Virus record (IMG/VR): IMGVR_UViG_3300028734_000015 | DNA length: 64,000 bases | From: an uncultured virus (IMG/VR IMGVR_UViG_3300028734_000015) | Taxonomy: Duplodnaviria > Heunggongvirae > Uroviricota > Caudoviricetes | Direction: 5' to 3' (one strand) | Shown: positions 1 to 8,170 of the stretch, one piece after another | Layout of the letters: every line of letters starts with the position of its first letter | Position numbering within the stretch: the stretch's first letter is position 1 | Notes under the pieces: generated by a model | The model's input: only the letters and a program-made list of their open reading frames with translations | The model's database searches: none | What the model was told of the DNA's origin: nothing | Made by a program: the position numbers and the translations under genes

Positions 1-177
1 TCCGGCGATAATTATTGCAACTTCTGTTTGCAGGTCTTTTGAGTCTTTGTAGGCTTTTGTCGACTTAACTGCGGTTGCTAATTCCAAATCTGTTGACTTT
101 GTACCTTTCAATAATGAAGTCACTTTTGCATTTGCTGCAAATCTGTAATTTAATAGTGATAAACGAAATTTACTCAT
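1..177 (-). CDS. Hypothetical protein, partial (runs off left edge)
   Basis: ATG at 177 with A-rich leader; open frame MSKFRLSLLNYRFAANAKVTSLL... to position 1; not in ORF track. Confidence 0.7.
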   Translation of the reverse strand, partial: MSKFRLSLLNYRFAANAKVTSLLKGTKSTDLELATAVKSTKAYKDSKDLQTEVAIIIAG

Positions 178-250
178 GATTTTGATAATTTAGAGTGTTA
201 TTTATAAATTGGTGGTTTTAGCGTTTAATCTACCACGCTTAAAGATTTTT

Positions 251-622
251 TTATTCTTCTATTGGCATTCCTGGTTTGTTTAGCTCTTGTTCTATAGTGG
301 CTACTGGTTTGATATTTATTAATATTAATCTACATTCTTTTGGGTATATATACCTGGTTAATCGTATTACTTCTGATGTTTTTAGATCTGAATAAATACT
401 TACTACCTGTGCGTATGTTTCGTCATAGAATATATAATTTGCCGATAACTTTTCTGTGACTCGGGTTGATAATTCATTTTTTGGAATTGATGTCCCTGCT
501 AAAAACTCTGCTTTTTCTATTCGTTTACCTTCTTTAATCCCATTCACTTTTGTTGTCTGTGTTACTACCGAAAACAAAAGTATGCAGATTATCACTACAA
601 TTGCTAATAAAAGATTTTTCAT
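251..622 (-). CDS. Hypothetical protein with N-terminal membrane/signal segment
   Basis: 123-aa ORF, hydrophobic MKNLLLAIVVIICILLFSVV. Confidence 0.75.
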   Translation of the reverse strand: MKNLLLAIVVIICILLFSVVTQTTKVNGIKEGKRIEKAEFLAGTSIPKNELSTRVTEKLSANYIFYDETYAQVVSIYSDLKTSEVIRLTRYIYPKECRLILINIKPVATIEQELNKPGMPIEE

Positions 623-655
623 TTAAATTGATTTTAAATTGTTAATACTAATTTG

Positions 656-727
656 TGGCAGCCTAGGGATTCGAACCCGTTCTTTCCGCTGTCTATCACA
701 GTGCTCTCATACTATGTAGATACTGCC
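656..727 (-). tRNA. Degenerate tRNA-like element (pseudo-tRNA, isotype unassignable)
   Basis: Minus strand GGCAGT...GGG-TTCGAAT-CCC-TAG-GCTGCC-A: 6-bp acceptor stem and canonical T-loop, but D and anticodon arms do not fit consensus. Confidence 0.5.
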
Positions 728-735
728 TTGTGCCA

Positions 736-1041
736 TTATCTTTTTAAGATTTCATTCCAATATTGGTATCCATCTTTTGTTTTCGCCCAATCAAACGCTC
801 TTGCTATGAAAGTTCTCCAATGTTTTAGTTTATTTAAATACATTGCTGAATCCATTGTTCTCCAAGTGGTAATATCCACACATTCTGTTGCGTGAATGCA
901 AACTGGTCCAGGAGCGCTTTCAGTACCTACTCTTAATAGGTATGCTCTTAGTTCTTTAATGAATTTTGCTTTAATCCTTAATCTTTTGAGTTTTAATTCA
1001 AAATCTGGTTTAAATTGGATGTTAATTTGTTGTTTTGACAT
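736..1041 (-). CDS. Hypothetical protein
   Basis: 101-aa ORF with A-rich leader; ends AFDWAKTKDGYQYW. Confidence 0.75.
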   Translation of the reverse strand: MSKQQINIQFKPDFELKLKRLRIKAKFIKELRAYLLRVGTESAPGPVCIHATECVDITTWRTMDSAMYLNKLKHWRTFIARAFDWAKTKDGYQYWNEILKR

Positions 1042-2794
1042 ACTAAATTGATTTTAGATTGTTGATTAATATTTTAAAACACCCATACATTAGTTGTAAA
1101 GCGGAACCATGGTTCTATTATTCGCCTTATGTATGGGTGTTAATGTGTTTAGTTACTTTCTTTTCCGTATTCGTAAGTTTTATTATGCAGTATTTACAGG
1201 CCTGCGCGTGTCCTGCCACATATGTGACGGCGTTGTACTTCGATTTCACTAATATTGGTAAGTAGCAAATAATAGGTAGGAACTTTATACCCCACTATTG
1301 AGCCTCCACGGCGCCTATACGGTTATAATACGCTTTTTATTTGTTACTTATTGTTCCCAGTGACTCAATCAAGAGTCGGTTAATGACCGATTATCGGCGA
1401 ACATTTACTTTTACTGGTTTGTTGGACCGACTGTCTAAGATTAATCTGCCTTTCGAGCTCCTCTTAACGGTAGCATTGCATTGCTGTTTGCATTTCACTT
1501 TTTTTTGTTTTCATCTGTAATACTACAGATATATCCGTTCTTCTGCAGTCACGGACTATTCCTAGTTAGTACTTTCCGGGAGTTTTGGCTAGGGATAGGA
1601 TTTTAGATTGGTAGTTAATACCTTTCTAGCACCATTTCTTTTCAGCATTTCACTGAGCTTTAGGCAAGCGTTGTTTTTCTAGTTTCATCAGCTTCTACTA
1701 GTAGGCTGTACATATTTGTGGTTCTTAACCAATCATTAGCGTCTATCCCTCGGATTACGTAACTAAGTTTTTGTTAAGTATTGGATTCGTCAACTTAACT
1801 TCTGGACTCATGCCAAGTTTCTCCAGTTTGAGTTCTTAACTAATCATCAACTTCTGAATGTCTGCAGTTTAGTTGCAACCTCTTAGCCGATTTAATACGG
1901 CACAACTAATACAATACGAATACCGTTATTAGCCACCAGTTTAACATTTACCCAATTTAATGTCGGTACGTTGTTGTCGTTTTGTTTGGTCTAAAGCCAT
2001 CAATCAAACTGGTCCATCTACTGTAAATAGTCATAAATCATTGGACTATAATGCTGGACTTTGCTCACGATTTTCACTATGAGCGATCGTGAATTGTTAA
2101 TCTTTTCTAATCAACTGGTTATATATAATTCCCATCCGCTCCGCCTAATTCAAATCAGGGTGTAACCTTATCAGTGTTATCCTAATTCGACACTGGTTCA
2201 GCTGCGTCATACGTCCATAGAAATTATAAAATAACGAGTAATTAACTTGAGAATTATGAAATTGCTGCCTTAGTTAACTCAACAGCACTTTTTCACTTAC
2301 TTATCGCATCACTGCGTCCCTATGAAGTATAGTTCGGGATTCGTCTTTATTTATAGCCCATCCACGTTTTATATCTATTTTGTACAGTCAAGCGCATTAC
2401 TGCTTTGTCAATATTATATATAGTATAGTCTACCCTTTGGAAGTAGTTTCACGACGTGTTAGCCAGAAATAGTAATGCAAGACGATATTCTTGCTGTCGA
2501 GTGGTCATCCCACGTTATTATTACTATTTCTTTTGATCCATCCATGTTTTATTATTCAAGTACTCGCGACTCGTATTATGATATTCTTGAATTTATACAA
2601 ATCCTAGTGTTATCATAGATTGCAATCGATATACAGCTTACTGCGTGTGTAAATAATAGTATGCCCTTTGGAAGCATTCCCTGACATGTTAACCTGGGAG
2701 TCCCACCCGTTTCAGTTAGATTCGCCATCCTAGGCTACTGGTAACTGCTGCTGTTTTTGAAACTAGCTTAAAATTCTATTTTTGTTATATTGAA
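1042..2794 (-). ncRNA. Candidate large structured non-coding RNA region (one long or several RNAs)
   Basis: No credible ORF in a gene-dense phage; many hairpins (1078-1142, 1513-1530, 1557-1598, 2465-2531) and duplicated motifs; G-U pairs in one motif favour the minus strand. Confidence 0.55.
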
Positions 2795-3136
2795 TTATTT
2801 GTTTCTTTCTTTCACCATTTCATCGTATTCATTAGCAATATCCTGCTTTGATAATGATGAGTGAGTTTCTGAAAATTCTCTTATTTTTTGAGTTCTTTCG
2901 TTCTCAATTTGATTTTTGTTCTTAATAACCGGTTCATTGGTTTTAAGTGGTGATTCCAATTCATTAGCTGAAATAGGTCTTCTATCTGGGTAGTGATGTA
3001 CGTTAGCTATGAATTTGCCGTCGTCCTTGTCTTCTATCCAAATGTCTAATTTTCTGGGTAATTGTTTGTGCATTATGCACCATCCTACTATTTCATAGAA
3101 TAATAATATTAATGAATGTGATTTAAACTGTTTCAT
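2795..3136 (-). CDS. Hypothetical protein
   Basis: 113-aa ORF, leader ATTATCAAAAATG. Confidence 0.75.
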   Translation of the reverse strand: MKQFKSHSLILLFYEIVGWCIMHKQLPRKLDIWIEDKDDGKFIANVHHYPDRRPISANELESPLKTNEPVIKNKNQIENERTQKIREFSETHSSLSKQDIANEYDEMVKERNK

Positions 3137-3165
3137 TTTTGATAATGAATTAAAGGTTATTGTTG

Positions 3166-3606
3166 TTATGATCTATTTTTTCCATCATTATATGGATTTG
3201 GCTTAATTTCTTTTGCATATTTGTATCCAATATAATATCCTTCTGCTGCATTTGCTTTTTTTGCGAGCCATGGGTATTCTAATTCTTTGCAATATGCAAT
3301 TATTGTTGCTTTCCCTTCCATACCAATACATTCTTTTATGTCAGATACCCACATTTCTCTTGGAAATGTTAGTTTCTTTTTGCGTGGAGTTGAGGGTAGT
3401 TTGATAACAGTTTGCCAACTTTGCTTGTGATTTTCAATATGTATGCTATCACTATTTTTATATGTAGCATAATATGTTCCTTTCGTTGGCTCATGTTCAG
3501 ACATTTTAAATCCAAACGATCTGTAAAATCCAATAATACGTTTTCCTTGCTTCTTGCTTGTGCACAATACACATGTTTCACGTAATGATTCTTTCGTATA
3601 TTCCAT
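3166..3606 (-). CDS. Hypothetical protein
   Basis: ORF 3166-3678; likely start MEYTKES at 3606, just after the upstream stop at 3608. Confidence 0.7.
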   Translation of the reverse strand: MEYTKESLRETCVLCTSKKQGKRIIGFYRSFGFKMSEHEPTKGTYYATYKNSDSIHIENHKQSWQTVIKLPSTPRKKKLTFPREMWVSDIKECIGMEGKATIIAYCKELEYPWLAKKANAAEGYYIGYKYAKEIKPNPYNDGKNRS

Positions 3607-3607
3607 A

Positions 3608-3892
3608 TTATTTAATGGTTTTAAGAATCCATCTAATAGGATATACCCATGAAGTTCCATTTTCTGATGGAGTTTCAATACACTCTGTTCTGAACCAATT
3701 TTCTTTTTTTGTTACTAATTTTGGTTTTCTCCAGTCCAGTTTCTCTTCTTCTCCAATAAATACTTGCTCCATGTTTGGAAGTCTGTACATTGGGCCCCCA
3801 AGAGGTATCAGTTCGCATTCTTTTAGTAATGTTTCAAATCTTAACAATTTGATTCTTGCTCCTTGCTTAATTAACTTTGAATTATCTTTCAC
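3608..3892 (-). CDS. Hypothetical protein
   Basis: 94-aa ORF, GTG start, shared leader motif. Confidence 0.7.
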   Translation of the reverse strand: MKDNSKLIKQGARIKLLRFETLLKECELIPLGGPMYRLPNMEQVFIGEEEKLDWRKPKLVTKKENWFRTECIETPSENGTSWVYPIRWILKTIK

Positions 3893-3910
3893 TGTAATTG
3901 ATTTAAAATG

Positions 3911-4111
3911 TTAGATTATTGTAATATTGATTCCTTTCTTCTTTAGTTGCTTTTCTGTAGTTTTGCTTAAAGATGCTTTTTTTGCTCTCCCTCTAGCTGC
4001 TGAACTAGAAACAAATGAACTAATTTCAGCTAGTACTTGTTTGTCCCTCGTTTTCATTCTATTTAATGTTTTAGGATCAATTCTATCTTCGTATTTATTT
4101 GCTATTTTTAT
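3911..4111 (-). CDS. Small basic hypothetical protein (ATA start or internal ATG)
   Basis: Open frame IKIANKYEDRIDPKTLNRMKTRDKQVL...GINITII fills the gap between neighbouring genes. Confidence 0.55.
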   Translation of the reverse strand: MKIANKYEDRIDPKTLNRMKTRDKQVLAEISSFVSSSAARGRAKKASLSKTTEKQLKKKGINITII

Positions 4112-4351
4112 TTAGTTTAATAAACTTTTTTTAATGATGTCTATAACCTTGTTTGGATTAGCGTTTTCTGCTGTTATTCTTACTATGATTGGCATGTTAC
4201 ATTTAGCTTGATTTGCTAGTATGTCTTTTGCACAAGGGCTAGCGACCGAGTGTAGTTCTGGCATATATGTTCCTCTTTCGTCTGATGAATCTATCCATCC
4301 TGGTGTTCTTTTGCTCATTTGATATGAATTTAAATGTTTGTTATTCATCAA
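4112..4351 (-). CDS. Hypothetical protein
   Basis: 79-aa ORF overlapping the upstream stop. Confidence 0.65.
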   Translation of the reverse strand: MMNNKHLNSYQMSKRTPGWIDSSDERGTYMPELHSVASPCAKDILANQAKCNMPIIVRITAENANPNKVIDIIKKSLLN

Positions 4352-4502
4352 GTAATTGCCATAGTGACCATGTGAAAGCTAATGCTAATACTAATGCTAA
4401 TAATACTATTGGTCCTCCTTTTGACACAAACAATCCTAGCCCTGCCATAATTTCAAGTGTTAGGATTACTCTTGCTATCACTTTCTTTGTCTCTTTATCC
4501 AT
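4341..4502 (-). CDS. Small two-TM membrane protein
   Basis: 53 aa MDKETKKVIARVILTLEIMAGLGLFVSKGGPIVLLALVLALAFTWSLWQLLDDE; not in ORF track. Confidence 0.65.
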   Translation of the reverse strand: MDKETKKVIARVILTLEIMAGLGLFVSKGGPIVLLALVLALAFTWSLWQLLDE

Positions 4503-4786
4503 TTTTAATAGGATTATACTAGTTAATATAGATAATGCCTTAAATGAGCTTAAAATGACTCAAAGAGCCATATAATCATCTAAGTTACTGAAAATATGAA
4601 TTGTTAAATACCCTTTTGGGGGTAGAAGGGAGACTGTTCCCCTCATTCACACTACAATTTGCGGTATAAAATGCAAAAAGTAGTCATAGTTTGCAGCAAA
4701 AATAAGTAAGAACAGCATAATAGTTCTAACGTTACCCATACAATCAAGTTAGGTGTGTCGAATTCTACTATACTGTTCTATTTTAC

Positions 4787-5332
4787 TTAATTTATTACTT
4801 TACCTTCAGCATCCAATGGCTTCCCTGAGGCTGGATCAAATCCAAATCCTGTAGGAGGTGGCAATAATACTGGTTCAATGGCCTTTGTACCAACTTCGGT
4901 AGCAGTAGTTTTTGCAATCCACGCTCCAAATGATTCAACAGTCTTTGCCGCTTTAGTTTTTGGATTTTCAGCAGGTACAAACTCTGTAGTCTTACCGGGT
5001 ACATAGTCAGGATTCTTTGACATACGTACATAGACATCCAGAGAGTCATGAATAGTATCTCTGAAATTGCCAGCATCGTCTTTCAATTTGAAGTCAGGCA
5101 ATTCAACCGTAATCTTGGCAATCTGCATGTTTGGAACAGTGTTAGTGTCAGCCCATTCTTGCATTCTAGCCTTACGAGCATCAGATTCAGGGAAGAAATT
5201 GATATTTACATCCTTCAAATCCCATTCGTCTTCAATATTCATAAAGATACCTTTGAAATAAGTTTCGCCTGCATGACGTTTTGCTGTTGAAGGTATAATT
5301 GCAGCAATAAAAGATAAACATTTGTACAACAT
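4787..5332 (-). CDS. Hypothetical early-region protein
   Basis: 181-aa ORF directly downstream of two copies of the repeated motif. Confidence 0.8.
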   Translation of the reverse strand: MLYKCLSFIAAIIPSTAKRHAGETYFKGIFMNIEDEWDLKDVNINFFPESDARKARMQEWADTNTVPNMQIAKITVELPDFKLKDDAGNFRDTIHDSLDVYVRMSKNPDYVPGKTTEFVPAENPKTKAAKTVESFGAWIAKTTATEVGTKAIEPVLLPPPTGFGFDPASGKPLDAEGKVIN

Positions 5333-5394
5333 AATTGTATATTTTTAAGGGGTTATTAATAATTGACGCAGAACTCAAACCTACGCTAATCCAT

Positions 5395-6619
5395 CTAAAG
5401 GCGAATTGATCGGGATATTGCTAAAAAACATATCAATACTAACTAAAGAGTCTTGATAGCGATATTAATAGCAGGTCAGCAGTTATCTGACAGTACTATA
5501 ATATATTTAGCACATACGAAGGTTTAGCATGCCACCTACAAGCTTGATTATTAATATTTTACCTTATTTATTAAAACAAGTTCAATATCAGTACTTACAT
5601 GACAAGTATCATCTTCATTCTTTATGACGATGTTATCTGCCATTCTTTCTGCATCGTATTTGTCTCTTGCTTGGACATATACGACTGTGTCAATGTTCTC
5701 TTGTTCAATTTTAAGGCTTATTTTAAAGACTTTTTCATTGGCCTTTACAGTAAGATCAGTAGAATCTTTTACAATAGCTACAGGTTTTACTTTCTCATTG
5801 TGAGCAGGAGTACAAGATCCAAATACAAAACATAATGTCACAACAATAGCGACAATAATAACACGAATAATAGAAGTACGTAATTTCATTTTGATAATGA
5901 TTATAGTTAATAATAGTTAATTAATAGTAATAATCAGTAATACAATGCATGTCGTCTGTCTTACATGTATTACTGATTTAAAAAGTAGTACACAATGCGG
6001 ACATAGGTTTAGCTGGATCATCCAGGCACTACTATAGTGGCATACATTGTGCATTACTTAAGAAAAAGGAGCACTTATTGTACGTTAGTGCTGAACGTTG
6101 GCTGTATGACCCCAGTCTTGGGAAATGTATGTTGGACCTACGATCCCAACGAAACGAGAATGTGAGTAAACTGCCACATACAATCAGTAAGGATAGAATT
6201 AATTGCCATTGCTACAATGCGCCTATCCAACTACACCTAAAGGAAGCCTGACAACGACCTTAATAGGGTTTTAATGCGATCTAACGCACTCTATATATTG
6301 TATAGTACATTAGTGTAACTAACATACATGATCTATTAGAGAGAGTTGCAGTAGTGTTCCAACATCAACTGTGTCTAAACAATTGTCTTAGTCTTAGCTC
6401 GACAATGCGTACTAACTACTGCATAATGGTTGCATTGAGAGCGTATGACACACCATTATATGTCACATGCTATATTACATTGACCTGTAATATGAGAGAG
6501 TAAACAGCAATAACATTGCCTAATCAGCCTAAAGGAGTCTTGACAGTGACCTTAAGGTAGAATTAATCAAGGTTAAACCATTCCAATTCTACCTAAAGGA
6601 GTCATGATTGGGAAATTAC
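5395..6619 (-). promoter_or_regulatory. Five dispersed copies of a ~27-bp motif (plus-strand consensus CTAAAGGAGTCTTGAYAGNGANNTTAA); candidate early promoters
   Basis: Copies at 5395-5420, 5443-5468, 6237-6263, 6529-6555, 6593-6619, all intergenic and upstream of the minus-strand gene block. Confidence 0.55.
5551..5889 (-). CDS. Putative lipoprotein
   Basis: Signal-like N-terminus ending FVFGSC; 112 aa. Confidence 0.7.
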   Translation of the reverse strand: MKLRTSIIRVIIVAIVVTLCFVFGSCTPAHNEKVKPVAIVKDSTDLTVKANEKVFKISLKIEQENIDTVVYVQARDKYDAERMADNIVIKNEDDTCHVSTDIELVLINKVKY

Positions 6620-6743
6620 GATTCAACATTGCTGACGGGGGACTTGGACCATCAGATCCGACCGGGGGAGACATATATAGAGAGTTTCGCGCACTCGCAC
6701 ATGCTATCAATTATTTTTTTTCAGAAAATTTTTTACAACAGTG

Positions 6744-6772
6744 ACAACAAAATAGAATATACTTCGTTTATA
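6744..6772 (+). promoter_or_regulatory. Bipartite promoter-like motif ACAAC-N16-CGTTTATA
   Basis: Same motif recurs at 7176 and 8743. Confidence 0.55.
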
Positions 6773-6777
6773 CACAC

Positions 6778-7150
6778 GATACCAGTCTCCAAAGACTGAT
6801 CACCCTAAGGTAATCAATAAAGGGTTAGACATCGGATTATAATAGATTAACCGAGGACGTAGATAAAGGCAGTAGGTGAGTACTCAAATGAGATAAAGGT
6901 CAAGCGCCAAACTCTATGCATTTATAGTCAATAAAAGGCCGTTAGTTAGTCTATTAGTTTTCTCCGGTAGTGTCAAAATGATTAAAGTACAAGTTAAATG
7001 CCGTTGCTATTTATAGCTAAGAAGGAGAGATTGCGATAGACGGGTTAAGTGATACCGAAAGGGAACGTACAGATTTAATAAGGAAATAATCAATAAACCA
7101 TACCGAATATGGGCCGGTCTCAAGGGGTAAACTGTGTTTAAGAGTGAACA
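6778..7150 (+). ncRNA. Candidate structured ncRNA
   Basis: No plus-strand ORF; follows promoter motif; stems CAGTCT/AGACTG (6783-6798), ACCCT/AGGGT, and 6949-6965 pairing with 7024-7041. Confidence 0.45.
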
Positions 7151-7175
7151 AAGATACATAATACTTAATAATGGT

Positions 7176-7205
7176 ACAACAAAGGACGGGTTAAATACGT
7201 TTATA
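7176..7205 (+). promoter_or_regulatory. Promoter-like motif ACAAC-N17-CGTTTATA
   Basis: Motif copy ending 5 nt before the ATG at 7211. Confidence 0.55.
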
Positions 7206-7210
7206 TAAGT

Positions 7211-7378
7211 ATGAATTGGGCACATATAAAGAGAATATTGAGTAGCAAAAGGGTTCTAGACGAATATGGTTCAGTCAATGACTATACTATTAATGATAAG
7301 ATAGAATCCCGGGGAACTCAATTCAATCTAAGTACCAAAGATAAGAATAGACTTAAGAAATTATGGAAATCAAGATAA
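7211..7378 (+). CDS. Small hypothetical protein (55 aa), possibly leaderless
   Basis: MNWAHIKRILSSKRVLDEYGSVNDYTINDKIESRGTQFNLSTKDKNRLKKLWKSR; not in ORF track. Confidence 0.6.
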   Translation: MNWAHIKRILSSKRVLDEYGSVNDYTINDKIESRGTQFNLSTKDKNRLKKLWKSR

Positions 7379-7386
7379 ATTAATAT

Positions 7387-7575
7387 ATGATTATAATGAC
7401 ACTAGATCTTTGGGATGAATCAATCGTCTTCGCTATAGCATTATTTATAGGATATGCATTACATCCGGTAATCAACAGTATAATAGTTTATCTAGTAAGT
7501 ACTATACTTAATGGAATGAATAAGGTAAACAAGAATATACGAAAGAATATACGAAAGAATATAAAAGATGTATAA
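7387..7575 (+). CDS. Small membrane protein
   Basis: 62 aa, hydrophobic core; overlaps next start. Confidence 0.65.
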   Translation: MIIMTLDLWDESIVFAIALFIGYALHPVINSIIVYLVSTILNGMNKVNKNIRKNIRKNIKDV

Positions 7576-8170
7576 TGTCGAAATAATAGAAACAGATTCT
7601 ATTACTGAATTTATTAAGTCAAATAAAATAGAATATTTAAAAACAAAAGAATCCGAATGGGCTACATCTAATGTAAATGATATAATAGATGCAATATACG
7701 GCGGAGAATTAAAACCAATAAAACAAGGTAAAATGGAAGAGATACAAAATAATGTTCAAGAACAATCAGTCAATGAGACTGTTATTGAAAACGTGGATAA
7801 TGTAACATTAGCAAATATAGTTGCAGACAAGGTTAATTATGAATTCGCCAATATGGTTCTAGTGAAACCAATTGATATAGAAAAGGTATTTAAAACACTT
7901 ACAGTACCAGAAGATTCAGGCGAAAAAGATGAAGAAGGTCAACCTATAATGCAAATGACTATCAAACAAATAGAAACAGAATCACTGCTTCGTAAAGGTG
8001 TAGTATTGGCCACTCCGGCTTCGTTTAAGGCAACTGAAGGCAAAGAAGGAATGTTAGTATTAAACGTTGGAGATATTGTCGTATATCCAAACAAACGATC
8101 AATTGACTTTGATTTGTTTAAAGATTCAGCACTAGTTCCATATTATGAAATACTTGCAAAGGTAGCATAA
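7568..8170 (+). CDS. GroES-like co-chaperonin
   Basis: NMVLVKP...RKGVVLA...LNVGDIVVY pattern of the GroES fold. Confidence 0.65.
   Translation: MYNVEIIETDSITEFIKSNKIEYLKTKESEWATSNVNDIIDAIYGGELKPIKQGKMEEIQNNVQEQSVNETVIENVDNVTLANIVADKVNYEFANMVLVKPIDIEKVFKTLTVPEDSGEKDEEGQPIMQMTIKQIETESLLRKGVVLATPASFKATEGKEGMLVLNVGDIVVYPNKRSIDFDLFKDSALVPYYEILAKVA

Noticed and set aside
1680..1700. Hammerhead core CUGAUGA on the minus strand
   Set aside because: No stem II followed by GAAA in the correct arrangement
2010..2095. RNase P RNA-like GAGCAAAGUCC on the minus strand
   Set aside because: GUCCA pairs locally with UGGAC and no matching 3' P4 strand was found
2426..2531. HDV-like/theta or twister ribozyme suggested by GGCUAA after a long stem
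   Set aside because: Could not build the required pseudoknots, and the second copy has U at the would-be catalytic C
5395..6619. Repeated motif as a CRISPR array
   Set aside because: Copies are divergent and irregularly spaced (48, 794, 292, 64 bp), one interval holds a gene, and no cas genes are present
1042..7200. Stop-codon reassignment (known in some crAss-like phages) as the cause of the ORF-free regions
   Set aside because: Long genes are intact in code 11, TAG and TGA end plausible genes (9810, 10366, 13444, 25370), and the gaps contain many TAA codons
7531..7563. 12-bp tandem repeat (KNIR x3)
   Set aside because: Short in-frame coding duplication with no further signal
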